Positions 7,362-14,764 of a DNA stretch of 36,282 nt are shown piece by piece. The notes under the pieces are model-generated. The model ran no database searches. It had not been told where the DNA came from and worked only from the letters and a program-made list of their open reading frames with translations. Both the position numbers and the translations under genes were made by a program. How positions within the stretch are numbered: position 1 is the stretch's first letter; each line of letters starts with the position of its first letter. This stretch comes from Defluviitaleaceae bacterium (GTDB lineage: Bacteria > Bacillota > Clostridia > Lachnospirales > WQUN01): the NCBI GenBank assembly GCA_009782245.1, contig WRKK01000360.1, forward strand, positions 1-36,282, read 5' to 3'.

Positions 7362-8677
7362 CACACGCTCTTAACCACGTGCAGCCACTTTTTCTGCCAC
7401 ATTCGTATTATACACCAAATGCTCTTTATCAGCAAGTCCACCCGCAGTAGCACGGCAATCCAAAATGGCGACAAAAACAGCACAAACCCCGCCAAATAGC
7501 CCAGCGGAATAGACGCAACCCACATAAAAAGTACGTCCGCCACCATTAAAAATTTTGTATCGCCGCCGCCGCGCAAAACGCCCTTTGTTAGCACGTTGGA
7601 AATCACGTGAAACGGCATTGCTGCGACCATTGCCCACATTAAGCCGTCCAAAATTAGCAGGGTTTCGGGCTCGATGTCGTAAAAAATCAGCAAAATTGGC
7701 GTAAATATCAAAATCGCAACGCTAGAGATTAGCCCCAAAACGGCACTTAGCAACAGATATGTAAAGCCCCGTGCCTCGGCTTTTTGCAGGTCGTTTTCGC
7801 CGATTGCCGTGCCAACCATTATGCTGCTTGCATTGGACATTCCCATGATAAACACGCCCGCCAACTGCGTTGCGACCATGATAATTGCGTTCGCCGCCGC
7901 CATTGCACTACCCAGCCAGCCCCAAATCATGGCAAGTGCGGTTGTGCCGAACGCCAAAATTAAATCGCCGATAATAACAGGCGAACCGATACGCAAATAT
8001 TCTGGGATAAGCTGTCCGCAAGGTTTTAGCAGGTCTTTCAGGCGATAGCGGACACGTTTTTCTGCAAAAAACAGGTAGCCCGCCACAACAGCGAACTCGA
8101 TGAACCTAGCAATAACGGTCGCCAACGCCGCACCAGCAATCTCCATGCGGGGCGCACCGAGGTTGCCAAAAATGAACACCCAGTTAAAAAACGCCGCCGC
8201 CGCAAACGAGAGAACGCTCGCAATTAGCGGCACACGCACAACGCCGAAAGAACGCCCGATTATGGCTAAAGTTGTGCCTAATCCCATAAAAATGAACTGG
8301 AACGCAATAATTTGCAAATAAAGCGCGCCAACCGCAATAACGTCCGCCTCGGGCGTGTAAATTCGCATTATGCCCTGCGGCACAAAAAACGTTACCAAAG
8401 TGAATAAAAATGCAAACACTAAAATAATGCGTATTGCCAAGGTAATAACTTGCTTAACGGCGGGAATATCGCCTTTGCCCATATATTGCGATGTCATAAC
8501 CATAGCGCCGCCGCCAACGCCGAAACAACATATCATAAAGAAAAACACAAACTGGTTGCCCAAAGATGCCGCCGCTATGGCGGTTTCGCCCAGCCCGCCG
8601 ACCATAACAGTACCCAAAATGCCAACGCCCATGTTTACCATGCTTTGTAGCGATGCGGGTAACATTATGCGCCACAT
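7361..8677 (-). CDS. MATE family efflux transporter
   Basis: 438-aa polytopic membrane ORF with a MATE-like N-terminus (MLPASLQSMVNMGVGILGTVMVGGLGETAIAAASLGNQ). An in-frame TGA lies 21 codons upstream of the ATG. Confidence 0.85.
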   Translation of the reverse strand: MWRIMLPASLQSMVNMGVGILGTVMVGGLGETAIAAASLGNQFVFFFMICCFGVGGGAMVMTSQYMGKGDIPAVKQVITLAIRIILVFAFLFTLVTFFVPQGIMRIYTPEADVIAVGALYLQIIAFQFIFMGLGTTLAIIGRSFGVVRVPLIASVLSFAAAAFFNWVFIFGNLGAPRMEIAGAALATVIARFIEFAVVAGYLFFAEKRVRYRLKDLLKPCGQLIPEYLRIGSPVIIGDLILAFGTTALAMIWGWLGSAMAAANAIIMVATQLAGVFIMGMSNASSIMVGTAIGENDLQKAEARGFTYLLLSAVLGLISSVAILIFTPILLIFYDIEPETLLILDGLMWAMVAAMPFHVISNVLTKGVLRGGGDTKFLMVADVLFMWVASIPLGYLAGFVLFLSPFWIAVLLRVDLLIKSIWCIIRMWQKKWLHVVKSV

Positions 8678-8844
8678 ATCTTTGTAGAACGCCTTTTCTT
8701 TTATTGGTTTTATTAGTGGTTTTATCTGGATTATTGGGGTTCACGCTCCTTTTTTTGAGGGGTGTATATTTATGCAAATTGTGGGAATTGTTACAATCCA
8801 TTTTTACACTCAGCCAACCCATATTTTTATTAAGCCGCACGAGT

Positions 8845-9324
8845 CTAATACACCACCGAAACACTGCCATCTCTGCCAATAGCACGAAAACAATTCGTAT
8901 AAACCTCAATAAATTCGTATCCTCCGTGTATGGCAATCGAGCGGGCTTTTTCAAGTCCATCTGGCAACGGCTGACCTCTTCTGTAATGCTCAATAATATC
9001 GTCGATAATATCAAGGCGATGCACCTCGTAATCCTCGCCCAAATGGCATTTTGACACTATGCCCATAAAATCGCCGTCAAGTTCTATTTCAGGAAATTCT
9101 TGACGAAGTGCTTCGATAATTTCTTTGGCTTTGCCGTGGTTGTGGATTTTGCCGCCAACATCTAGCTTGCTTACGGTTTCCATATATTGCTTGGAACGCT
9201 GTTTTCTTAATAATTTGTCAATTTTTAGCGGGTCGCCGCCTGCTTTTGTTTCGGTTTTAGCTGTTAAACTTAGCATATAGTCCGTTTCTGTCTTTTGCCT
9301 AGTTCCTAGCATTGGTTTTGGCAC
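8845..9324 (-). CDS. hypothetical protein (159 aa), last gene of the five-gene operon
   Basis: A GTG start at 9324 lies 6 nt after the AGGAGGA SD. No signal peptide or TM segment. No family recognised. Confidence 0.7.
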   Translation of the reverse strand: MPKPMLGTRQKTETDYMLSLTAKTETKAGGDPLKIDKLLRKQRSKQYMETVSKLDVGGKIHNHGKAKEIIEALRQEFPEIELDGDFMGIVSKCHLGEDYEVHRLDIIDDIIEHYRRGQPLPDGLEKARSIAIHGGYEFIEVYTNCFRAIGRDGSVSVVY

Positions 9325-9336
9325 GTTTTCGTCCTC

Positions 9337-9363
9337 CTAATTTTTCTAACGTTTCTAATTTTG
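9337..9363 (-). repeat. 3 x 9-nt imperfect tandem repeat (CAAAATTAG/AAACGTTAG/AAAAATTAG on the gene strand)
   Basis: It spans the AAA+ stop codon and runs into the SD of the next gene. It gives three in-frame TAGs 9 nt apart. Confidence 0.85.
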
Positions 9364-10932
9364 AACAAACATTTTGCGTGATTTTTGGCTTGGTTTCGCA
9401 ATATCCTCTAGCCCTATCGGTTTTCCAGATGCTGGCACAGCACGGTGCCGCCCCCAGTTTCTCACATTTTCAATGCGTTCTGGGGTTGTCTGCGAAAGTG
9501 GAATAACCGAGTCAAATGCGGCAATTACGCTTTCTTCGCTCAAAACAAAGTTGCTATTTGACAAAGTTGCATAAGCAAGATCGCGCAATGTAGATTCTAA
9601 ATCAGCACCCGTAAAACCACTAGTAATTTCCACGACTTGTGCCATAAGAGTTTGCGAAAAGGTTGTTTTTAGGTATCGGCGAGCATACAGCGAAATAATC
9701 TCGTCTCTTTCTTTTGCGGTGGGCAAATCGACAAAGAAAAGTTCGTCAAATCTTCCACGGCGCAAAAGTTCACTGGGCAATAACGATATATCATTGGCGG
9801 TAGCCACAACGAAAACTTGTTTTTTACATTCCTGCAACCAAAACAAAAATTGCCCAACCATTCTGGTAGAAACTCCGCCGTCCCTACTGCCGCTTGTTGC
9901 ACCCGATAAACCTTTTTCAATTTCGTCAATCCACAATATGCACGGCGAAACGTGTTCCGCTGTAATTAGTGCATCTTTAAGCTGTTGCTCTGATTGCCCA
10001 ACGTAACTGCCCTGAACAGTCGCAAAATCCAGCCTGTAAAGCGGCAAATTCCAATTTAGGGCAATCGATTTTGCCGACATTGATTTTCCGCAGCCTGGAA
10101 CGCCCACCAACAAAATTCCTCTGGGCGGCTGTAATCCTCTGGCGCGCAATTCGTCTCTTTTTTCCGCAGTCAAAAGAATCCGCTTTTCATCTAGCCATTT
10201 GCGAAGACCCTCCAAACCGCCCACGTTAGCAAGGTTGGAATCCACTTCAACGCGTTCTAAGCCAGAAATATCGGCAAACAGGCGATCTTTAGCAAAACGC
10301 ACCTCGTTCAAATCGTCTTTTGTGATTTTTCGTTTCGCTATCAAAGCGGCTATTACATTCTGTGCCTCAATCCGAGTTACGCCCGAAAGCATAGATGCCG
10401 CCTCTCGTATGTCTTCGTTGTCCCAATCAATGGGGATTTCGGTGCGATAGTCGTCGATGTATTCTTTTATAATTTCAAACATTTCGGATTCGTCTGGCAA
10501 ATCAACGTTTAGCACCATGCCAAGCCGTTGCAGCTGATTCCAAACAGGGCTGTTGGTAAGTATAATTATAGCACCGCTCGATTCCTCTGCTAATGTAACT
10601 AAATCCAGCATTTGCCGTGCATCGCTGCTATCGGTGCTTAAATCTGGCGTTTCTGTTAGTATCAATGTAAGATACTGGCGGCGTTTCATTTGTTCGCTCA
10701 TAAAATCTATAGCGCCGTATACTGTTTTGTCGTCGCTTACTGCTTTTTCGCTGGCTAAATCGTAAATTCCTTTTGACAAGGTGTGAACAAAAAAGGTCAT
10801 CGATAAATCTGTTGATATATTTTTAAGCATTTCTAATGTGCGACCACGTTCAATAGTGTTTATGGCTATGAATGGGATTCTTGCCACCGCATAGCGGTGC
10901 AAAAGGTCTTTACATTCAGCAATATTACTCAT
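9355..10932 (-). CDS. classical AAA+ ATPase, Ycf46-like (525 aa)
   Basis: Motifs seen: Walker A GVPGCGKS (K283), Walker B ILWIDEIEK (E337), sensor-1 VVATAND and SRH/Arg fingers LLRRGRFDE. The block GKSMSAKSIALNWNLPLYRLD...VSPCILWIDEIEK and the tail IPLSQTTPERIENVRNWGRHRAVPAS resemble Ycf46-type ATPases. The N-terminal ~240 aa look like a degenerate nucleotide-binding domain. A strong AAAGGAG SD precedes the gene. Confidence 0.85.
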   Translation of the reverse strand: MSNIAECKDLLHRYAVARIPFIAINTIERGRTLEMLKNISTDLSMTFFVHTLSKGIYDLASEKAVSDDKTVYGAIDFMSEQMKRRQYLTLILTETPDLSTDSSDARQMLDLVTLAEESSGAIIILTNSPVWNQLQRLGMVLNVDLPDESEMFEIIKEYIDDYRTEIPIDWDNEDIREAASMLSGVTRIEAQNVIAALIAKRKITKDDLNEVRFAKDRLFADISGLERVEVDSNLANVGGLEGLRKWLDEKRILLTAEKRDELRARGLQPPRGILLVGVPGCGKSMSAKSIALNWNLPLYRLDFATVQGSYVGQSEQQLKDALITAEHVSPCILWIDEIEKGLSGATSGSRDGGVSTRMVGQFLFWLQECKKQVFVVATANDISLLPSELLRRGRFDELFFVDLPTAKERDEIISLYARRYLKTTFSQTLMAQVVEITSGFTGADLESTLRDLAYATLSNSNFVLSEESVIAAFDSVIPLSQTTPERIENVRNWGRHRAVPASGKPIGLEDIAKPSQKSRKMFVQN

Positions 10933-10946
10933 TAAAATTCTCCTTT

Positions 10947-10996
10947 GATTTTAGTTGATTTTAGTTGATTTTAGTTGGTTTTAGTTGATTTTAGTT
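10947..10996 (-). repeat. 5 x 10-nt tandem repeat (AACTAAAATC on the gene strand) abutting the SD of the AAA+ gene
   Basis: gattttagtt x5 on the plus strand, with one G variant. It sits between the stop of the 152-aa gene (11004) and the SD at 10940-10946. Confidence 0.95.
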
Positions 10997-11003
10997 AAAT
11001 CCA

Positions 11004-11462
11004 TCAAATCTCGTTTATTTTATAATTCCGAATAAGTACGCTCATTTTGCCACTTCTGTCCGATCGTGCCGAACTTTCCAAGGAAGATTGCATACGGTCG
11101 GCGTGTTCCCGAACAAGGGAGCAATAATGCACCCTGTCCTTTTTGGGAAGTGCGGGCATATCCATTATATCTAGCAAAAACGACAATTCTTTTCGCAAGG
11201 AAAGCAACGCTTGCACGATTGCCCTTTCTTGCCCGTTTGCTCTGGAGATTTCTTTTTGGAATTTTTCCGCAGCGGCATCTAATCTAGCGTTGACTGTGTC
11301 AATTAGTTTTTTGGCAAAACGCTCGGCAACGCCAGATTGCCAGGCAATTTTGCCTTGTTTTAACGCCGTGCGGACGTTTTCGTCGTCGGTTTTTTGCTCT
11401 AGCATATTCAATAATTCCACCCACTCTGCGTAAGTAGTGGGTGGCTGTATCATGCCGCTCAT
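11004..11462 (-). CDS. hypothetical all-helical protein (152 aa)
   Basis: Its start overlaps the upstream stop (ATGA at 11459-11462). No family recognised. Confidence 0.7.
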   Translation of the reverse strand: MSGMIQPPTTYAEWVELLNMLEQKTDDENVRTALKQGKIAWQSGVAERFAKKLIDTVNARLDAAAEKFQKEISRANGQERAIVQALLSLRKELSFLLDIMDMPALPKKDRVHYCSLVREHADRMQSSLESSARSDRSGKMSVLIRNYKINEI

Positions 11463-12163
11463 AATGCCCTAGGCTTACGCCTTATTGCAATGACTGGCGG
11501 TTCAATGCTCCAATCCGGAAGACCCTTAGCCAAAGGAGAATCGTCAATAATATCGATGGTGTCAACAGTCTCAACAGTCTCAACAGTCTCAATAATATCA
11601 ATAGTTTGGGCTGTGCCGTCATATTTTTCAGCGGGGCTTTCTGGTTTTTCTGGTTTTTCTGGTATAATTTCTTCGGGTGCAACATTTGCTACAACTGGCG
11701 TTTCTGGTAAATAAGGCTCTATTTTAGGCGTTATTTCCTTTGTTTCAGGTTCTATTTCAATTTTTATTTCAGTCTCTATTTCAGGTTCTATTTCGGGCTC
11801 TATTTCAAGTTCTATTTCAGGTTCTATTTCAATTTTTATTTCGGGCTTTATTTCCGCATTTTGGGCGGTTTCCATTGTTGGATTAGGAACAGCGGTATCA
11901 ACATCAGCGGCTGCTCCACAAAATTCGCAAAATCTGCCAAATTCTGGTATTTTTGCACCGCATTTGGTACAAAATACAGTCGTTATCGCCGCATTTTCAT
12001 TAGAAAAATTTGGAAAATTTGGCTCTATTTCTGCATTTTGGGCGTTTTCCGTTATTGGATTATGAGCAGAAGTATCAATTTCAACGGCTGCTCCGCAAAA
12101 TTCGCAAAATCTGCCAAATTCTGGTATTTTCGCACCACATTTATTGCAAGTGTCATTTGCCAT
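11459..12163 (-). CDS. double zinc-ribbon protein with an acidic repeat region (234 aa)
   Basis: It has two near-identical C.KCGAKIPEFGRFCEFCGAA modules (CxxC-x11-CxxC). These are followed by EIKPEIKIEIEPEIELEIEPEIEPEIETEIKIEIEPE and IDIIETVETVETVDTIDIID repeats. Confidence 0.8.
   Translation of the reverse strand: MANDTCNKCGAKIPEFGRFCEFCGAAVEIDTSAHNPITENAQNAEIEPNFPNFSNENAAITTVFCTKCGAKIPEFGRFCEFCGAAADVDTAVPNPTMETAQNAEIKPEIKIEIEPEIELEIEPEIEPEIETEIKIEIEPETKEITPKIEPYLPETPVVANVAPEEIIPEKPEKPESPAEKYDGTAQTIDIIETVETVETVDTIDIIDDSPLAKGLPDWSIEPPVIAIRRKPRAL
11559..11594 (-). repeat. 4 x 9-nt in-frame coding tandem repeat (ETV units)
   Basis: gtgtcaaca gtctcaaca gtctcaaca gtctcaata on the plus strand. 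Confidence 0.9.
11745..11855 (-). repeat. degenerate 12-nt in-frame coding tandem repeats (PEIE/IEIK units)
   Basis: Recurring ttctatttcagg / ttctatttcaat / ttttatttc units on the plus strand. Confidence 0.85.
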
Positions 12164-12191
12164 TGTTAATAAATTCCTTTCTAATTTCTAT

Positions 12192-12227
12192 GTCTGTATT
12201 GTCTGTGTTGTCTGTGTTGTCTATGTT
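12192..12227 (-). repeat. 4 x 9-nt tandem repeat (AACACAGAC-type on the gene strand) between the 589-aa gene stop and the zinc-ribbon gene SD
   Basis: gtctgtatt gtctgtgtt gtctgtgtt gtctatgtt on the plus strand. Confidence 0.95.
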
Positions 12228-13996
12228 TACGCCACTTTTAAGCGGCGGCTAGTATCCGACAGTTTGCGGACGTATTCTTCGGGTTTAATTTGCTCCAGCA
12301 GGTTCAAAACTTTTGTGCTTTCGGAATCTTTTTTCGCAAAATATGCCCTAAAATCAACCACTTCGGCAATGACAGCACGGATAATTCCAACTCCGTCTTT
12401 CTTTTTTTTGTCAAATTCATAAGCAATCTGTTGGCGGCGAAGTTCAACTGCTTTTTTTCTGGAAAAATGGTGCAAAATTAAGCCAATGCCGCCTGCTATG
12501 CCCAACAAGCCAAGAAACACCCAGCCGCCACCGTTAAGCATTGCCAATAGCCCAATTACAGCAACTCCGATGCCGCCATACATACAATATTGCTCAAAAA
12601 CTGTCATAGTGTTGGCGGCGTTGGCAACGCTTATTTCCCCTGCGACCATTTTCTCAAATTTGGCGACAAGTTCCGCCTCGTTTTTCCCGTCTACAGTGTT
12701 ATCGTTAAAATTATCAACATTTATCTCGATATTGTGGGGAATTTCCATGCGATTTTTTGCTACAATATCGTTGTAGGCGTTGGAAATCCAATCACGGGAA
12801 AGGGCTATTGCAAATTTTTGCGTAGAAATACTGGCGTGTGCGGTTTCGGGTTTCATTGCGGCATCGGTAAGCAGTTGGGTAAAATCTTTGTGTGTTTCAA
12901 AGGTTGTTTGCAGCGACTGCATATCTTGTTTTGCACGGTTTTCGTCGCCGTCATATTCAATAACTAGTTCCGTTTGCTTGTATTCCTGGCGTAGCGGGAT
13001 TTCTTCCTCATCAAAATCTGTTACCAAAGAAGATAGTATTTCGTCAAGTTGCTCCCGCAGAGCCATTCCAGAGGATTGCTGTTCAAAAATATTTTCAAAA
13101 TACGCATATATTTCTTCGTGAAGATGTGCGCCTTCCATTATTTTTTGCAGTTTAGACCACGTTTTGCTATATTTTTTGAGATAGGTGTATGAATCTCCGC
13201 TAAACGGCTTTTTTTTGAGATTTATAGCCTCCGACCACTGGCTAGTTTGTTGGTCTACAAAGCCAGCTTTATCCGCCAGACGTGTCAGCCATTCCTCTAG
13301 TTGTCGGGCTACAATTCCCTCGGAATCTGCACCGAGCAAACCCGATGCAAAAGCATCAAGTATGATAACGGTTTTTCTGTCAAGCCTTTCTTCGTCTTGG
13401 TTGGCTAGATAGCGTTGTATCCATTTTAGGCAAGGTGCTTTACGTTCGGCACGGCGGCAAATTAAGCCAAATAGCAGAGAAGTTTTTTCGTCGTCGCGTT
13501 TTATGGCCTCACGGACGGCTCTATCGGCTAATTCTTCGTTATCGTTAATCCATGCGGAAATTGCAACCAAACAAGGTGCCAGCCAATAGCCAGGAGCGGC
13601 TAACATTAGTTCTTCGGTTACGGTTGTAATTGTTTCTTTGCGTACTATTTCCAGATCGTCGGCTTGCAAAATGCCGACCGTGTGTTTTCGCACCGTTTCG
13701 TGATGTCCAAATTGGTCTTTTAGTTTATCTCGCAAGTTGCCAATTTTCGCCTCCGCACGAATTAGTGCTTTTTGTTTTATGTCTGTTTGTACAAACTCGG
13801 CAAAATCTGCTGCAAGTTTTGCTACTTCGCTGTTAATTAGCCTGACGTTGTCGTCAACTGTGATTACATGGTTATCAATAACTCTAAGATTGCTACGTAC
13901 TTCGTTGAAACCATCGTTTAGGTTAGCGTTGATGTTCTCGTTGACTCTACTTAAGTTCTTGTTTATTGCGTTAATGATGTCTACTCCATCAGCCAT
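12227..13996 (-). CDS. coiled-coil protein with a C-proximal Gly-rich two-helix membrane hairpin (589 aa)
   Basis: A strong SD precedes it (ataGGAGGAacgtataATG). The N-terminal ~110 aa are an N/I/V/L-rich heptad-like region, followed by a long helical middle. The TM hairpin is YCMYGGIGVAVIGLLAMLNGGGWVFLGLLGIAGGIGLILHHF (aa 470-511, nt 12464-12589), followed by a 78-aa charged tail. Confidence 0.8.
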   Translation of the reverse strand: MADGVDIINAINKNLSRVNENINANLNDGFNEVRSNLRVIDNHVITVDDNVRLINSEVAKLAADFAEFVQTDIKQKALIRAEAKIGNLRDKLKDQFGHHETVRKHTVGILQADDLEIVRKETITTVTEELMLAAPGYWLAPCLVAISAWINDNEELADRAVREAIKRDDEKTSLLFGLICRRAERKAPCLKWIQRYLANQDEERLDRKTVIILDAFASGLLGADSEGIVARQLEEWLTRLADKAGFVDQQTSQWSEAINLKKKPFSGDSYTYLKKYSKTWSKLQKIMEGAHLHEEIYAYFENIFEQQSSGMALREQLDEILSSLVTDFDEEEIPLRQEYKQTELVIEYDGDENRAKQDMQSLQTTFETHKDFTQLLTDAAMKPETAHASISTQKFAIALSRDWISNAYNDIVAKNRMEIPHNIEINVDNFNDNTVDGKNEAELVAKFEKMVAGEISVANAANTMTVFEQYCMYGGIGVAVIGLLAMLNGGGWVFLGLLGIAGGIGLILHHFSRKKAVELRRQQIAYEFDKKKKDGVGIIRAVIAEVVDFRAYFAKKDSESTKVLNLLEQIKPEEYVRKLSDTSRRLKVA

Positions 13997-14044
13997 TATA
14001 CGTTCCTCCTATGATTCTATATTGAGATTTTATTTCCCGCACAT

Positions 14045-14073
14045 AGTATACAGGTTGGCAAGCTGTTTGTCAA
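14045..14073 (-). promoter_or_regulatory. sigma-A type promoter of the five-gene operon
   Basis: The minus strand reads TTGACA (14073-14068), a 17-nt spacer, then TATACT (14050-14045). It lies about 45 nt upstream of the start codon. Confidence 0.65.
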
Positions 14074-14115
14074 TAGGTAAAATAAGTTTTGCTAGAAAAA
14101 TTTTTTGGTGGATTT

Positions 14116-14129
14116 TGCATATTTATGCA
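14116..14129. promoter_or_regulatory. palindrome TGCATA-nn-TATGCA upstream of the operon promoter (candidate operator)
   Basis: tgcatatttatgca is a perfect 6-bp inverted repeat. A 13/14 match lies at 8763-8776 upstream of the MATE gene. Confidence 0.4.
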
Positions 14130-14173
14130 GAATGTGAAGATTGCACAGTTGGATAATTGGAAAAATTATCAAC

Positions 14174-14764
14174 CTAAATTTCCAGATAGTTAAATCGGCT
14201 TGTCATAAAGTTGGATATTTTGTTTTGGCGGTCGGTTTCTAGCCAATGTTTGCCGTTTGGGGTTAATTCGAAGTTGTAGATTGCGTTGTTGATGTCTGGG
14301 TTGTAGTTGGTTTTTAGGTATTTTAGGACGTTTTCGCCAACGATAAATTTTAATTTAGGAGAATCCATTAACCTAACTGTGATTTTTTCAAGGCGTATCG
14401 GCTGCGACGATAACGAACGCACACCGAGAGTCAAATAATCCAAACAAACCTCATAAGCCCTAATCTTGGTATTATCGCCTAATATGGTGGCTTTTTCCAT
14501 CATTGGCAATGTTTCAAATGTAAAATCGGCTGGAGATTTTAAGCCCAAAAGTTTCATAAGTGGCGGATTTTCTTCGAAAAGTAGCTCATCTAATCCCATA
14601 GTTTTCCACAAAGGATAGGTCATATGGCAAACCGTAGCACCTGTGTCGAAAAGTGAAATCCATTCGCCGCTTTTTTCGCCACATTCTAATTTTACGTTGC
14701 CGTATAAAAATTTACCTTTGTTGATGTCAATTCGGCAAATAGAGGTCATAAACACCCAACCCAT
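14174..14764 (-). CDS. retropepsin-like (clan AA) aspartic protease
   Basis: SLFDTGATVCHM contains the D-T-G-A active-site motif, and KFIVGENVLKYL matches the C-terminal hhG.d.L motif. There is no signal peptide or TM segment. An alternative start at 14749 (MTSICRIDINKGKF) is possible. The gene overlaps the upstream gene by 23-38 nt. Confidence 0.75.
   Translation of the reverse strand: MGWVFMTSICRIDINKGKFLYGNVKLECGEKSGEWISLFDTGATVCHMTYPLWKTMGLDELLFEENPPLMKLLGLKSPADFTFETLPMMEKATILGDNTKIRAYEVCLDYLTLGVRSLSSQPIRLEKITVRLMDSPKLKFIVGENVLKYLKTNYNPDINNAIYNFELTPNGKHWLETDRQNKISNFMTSRFNYLEI

Noticed and set aside
8454-9014. 186-aa minus-strand ORF bridging the MATE start and the 159-aa gene.
   Set aside because: It overlaps two better-supported genes in other frames. 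It is rich in R/N/K runs and has no SD.
10947-12227. Could the short tandem repeats (10947-10996, 12192-12227, also 19301-19350 and 36185-36226) be CRISPR arrays?
   Set aside because: The units are 9-14 nt and directly abutting, with no unique spacers. No cas genes are present. They are simple tandem repeats.
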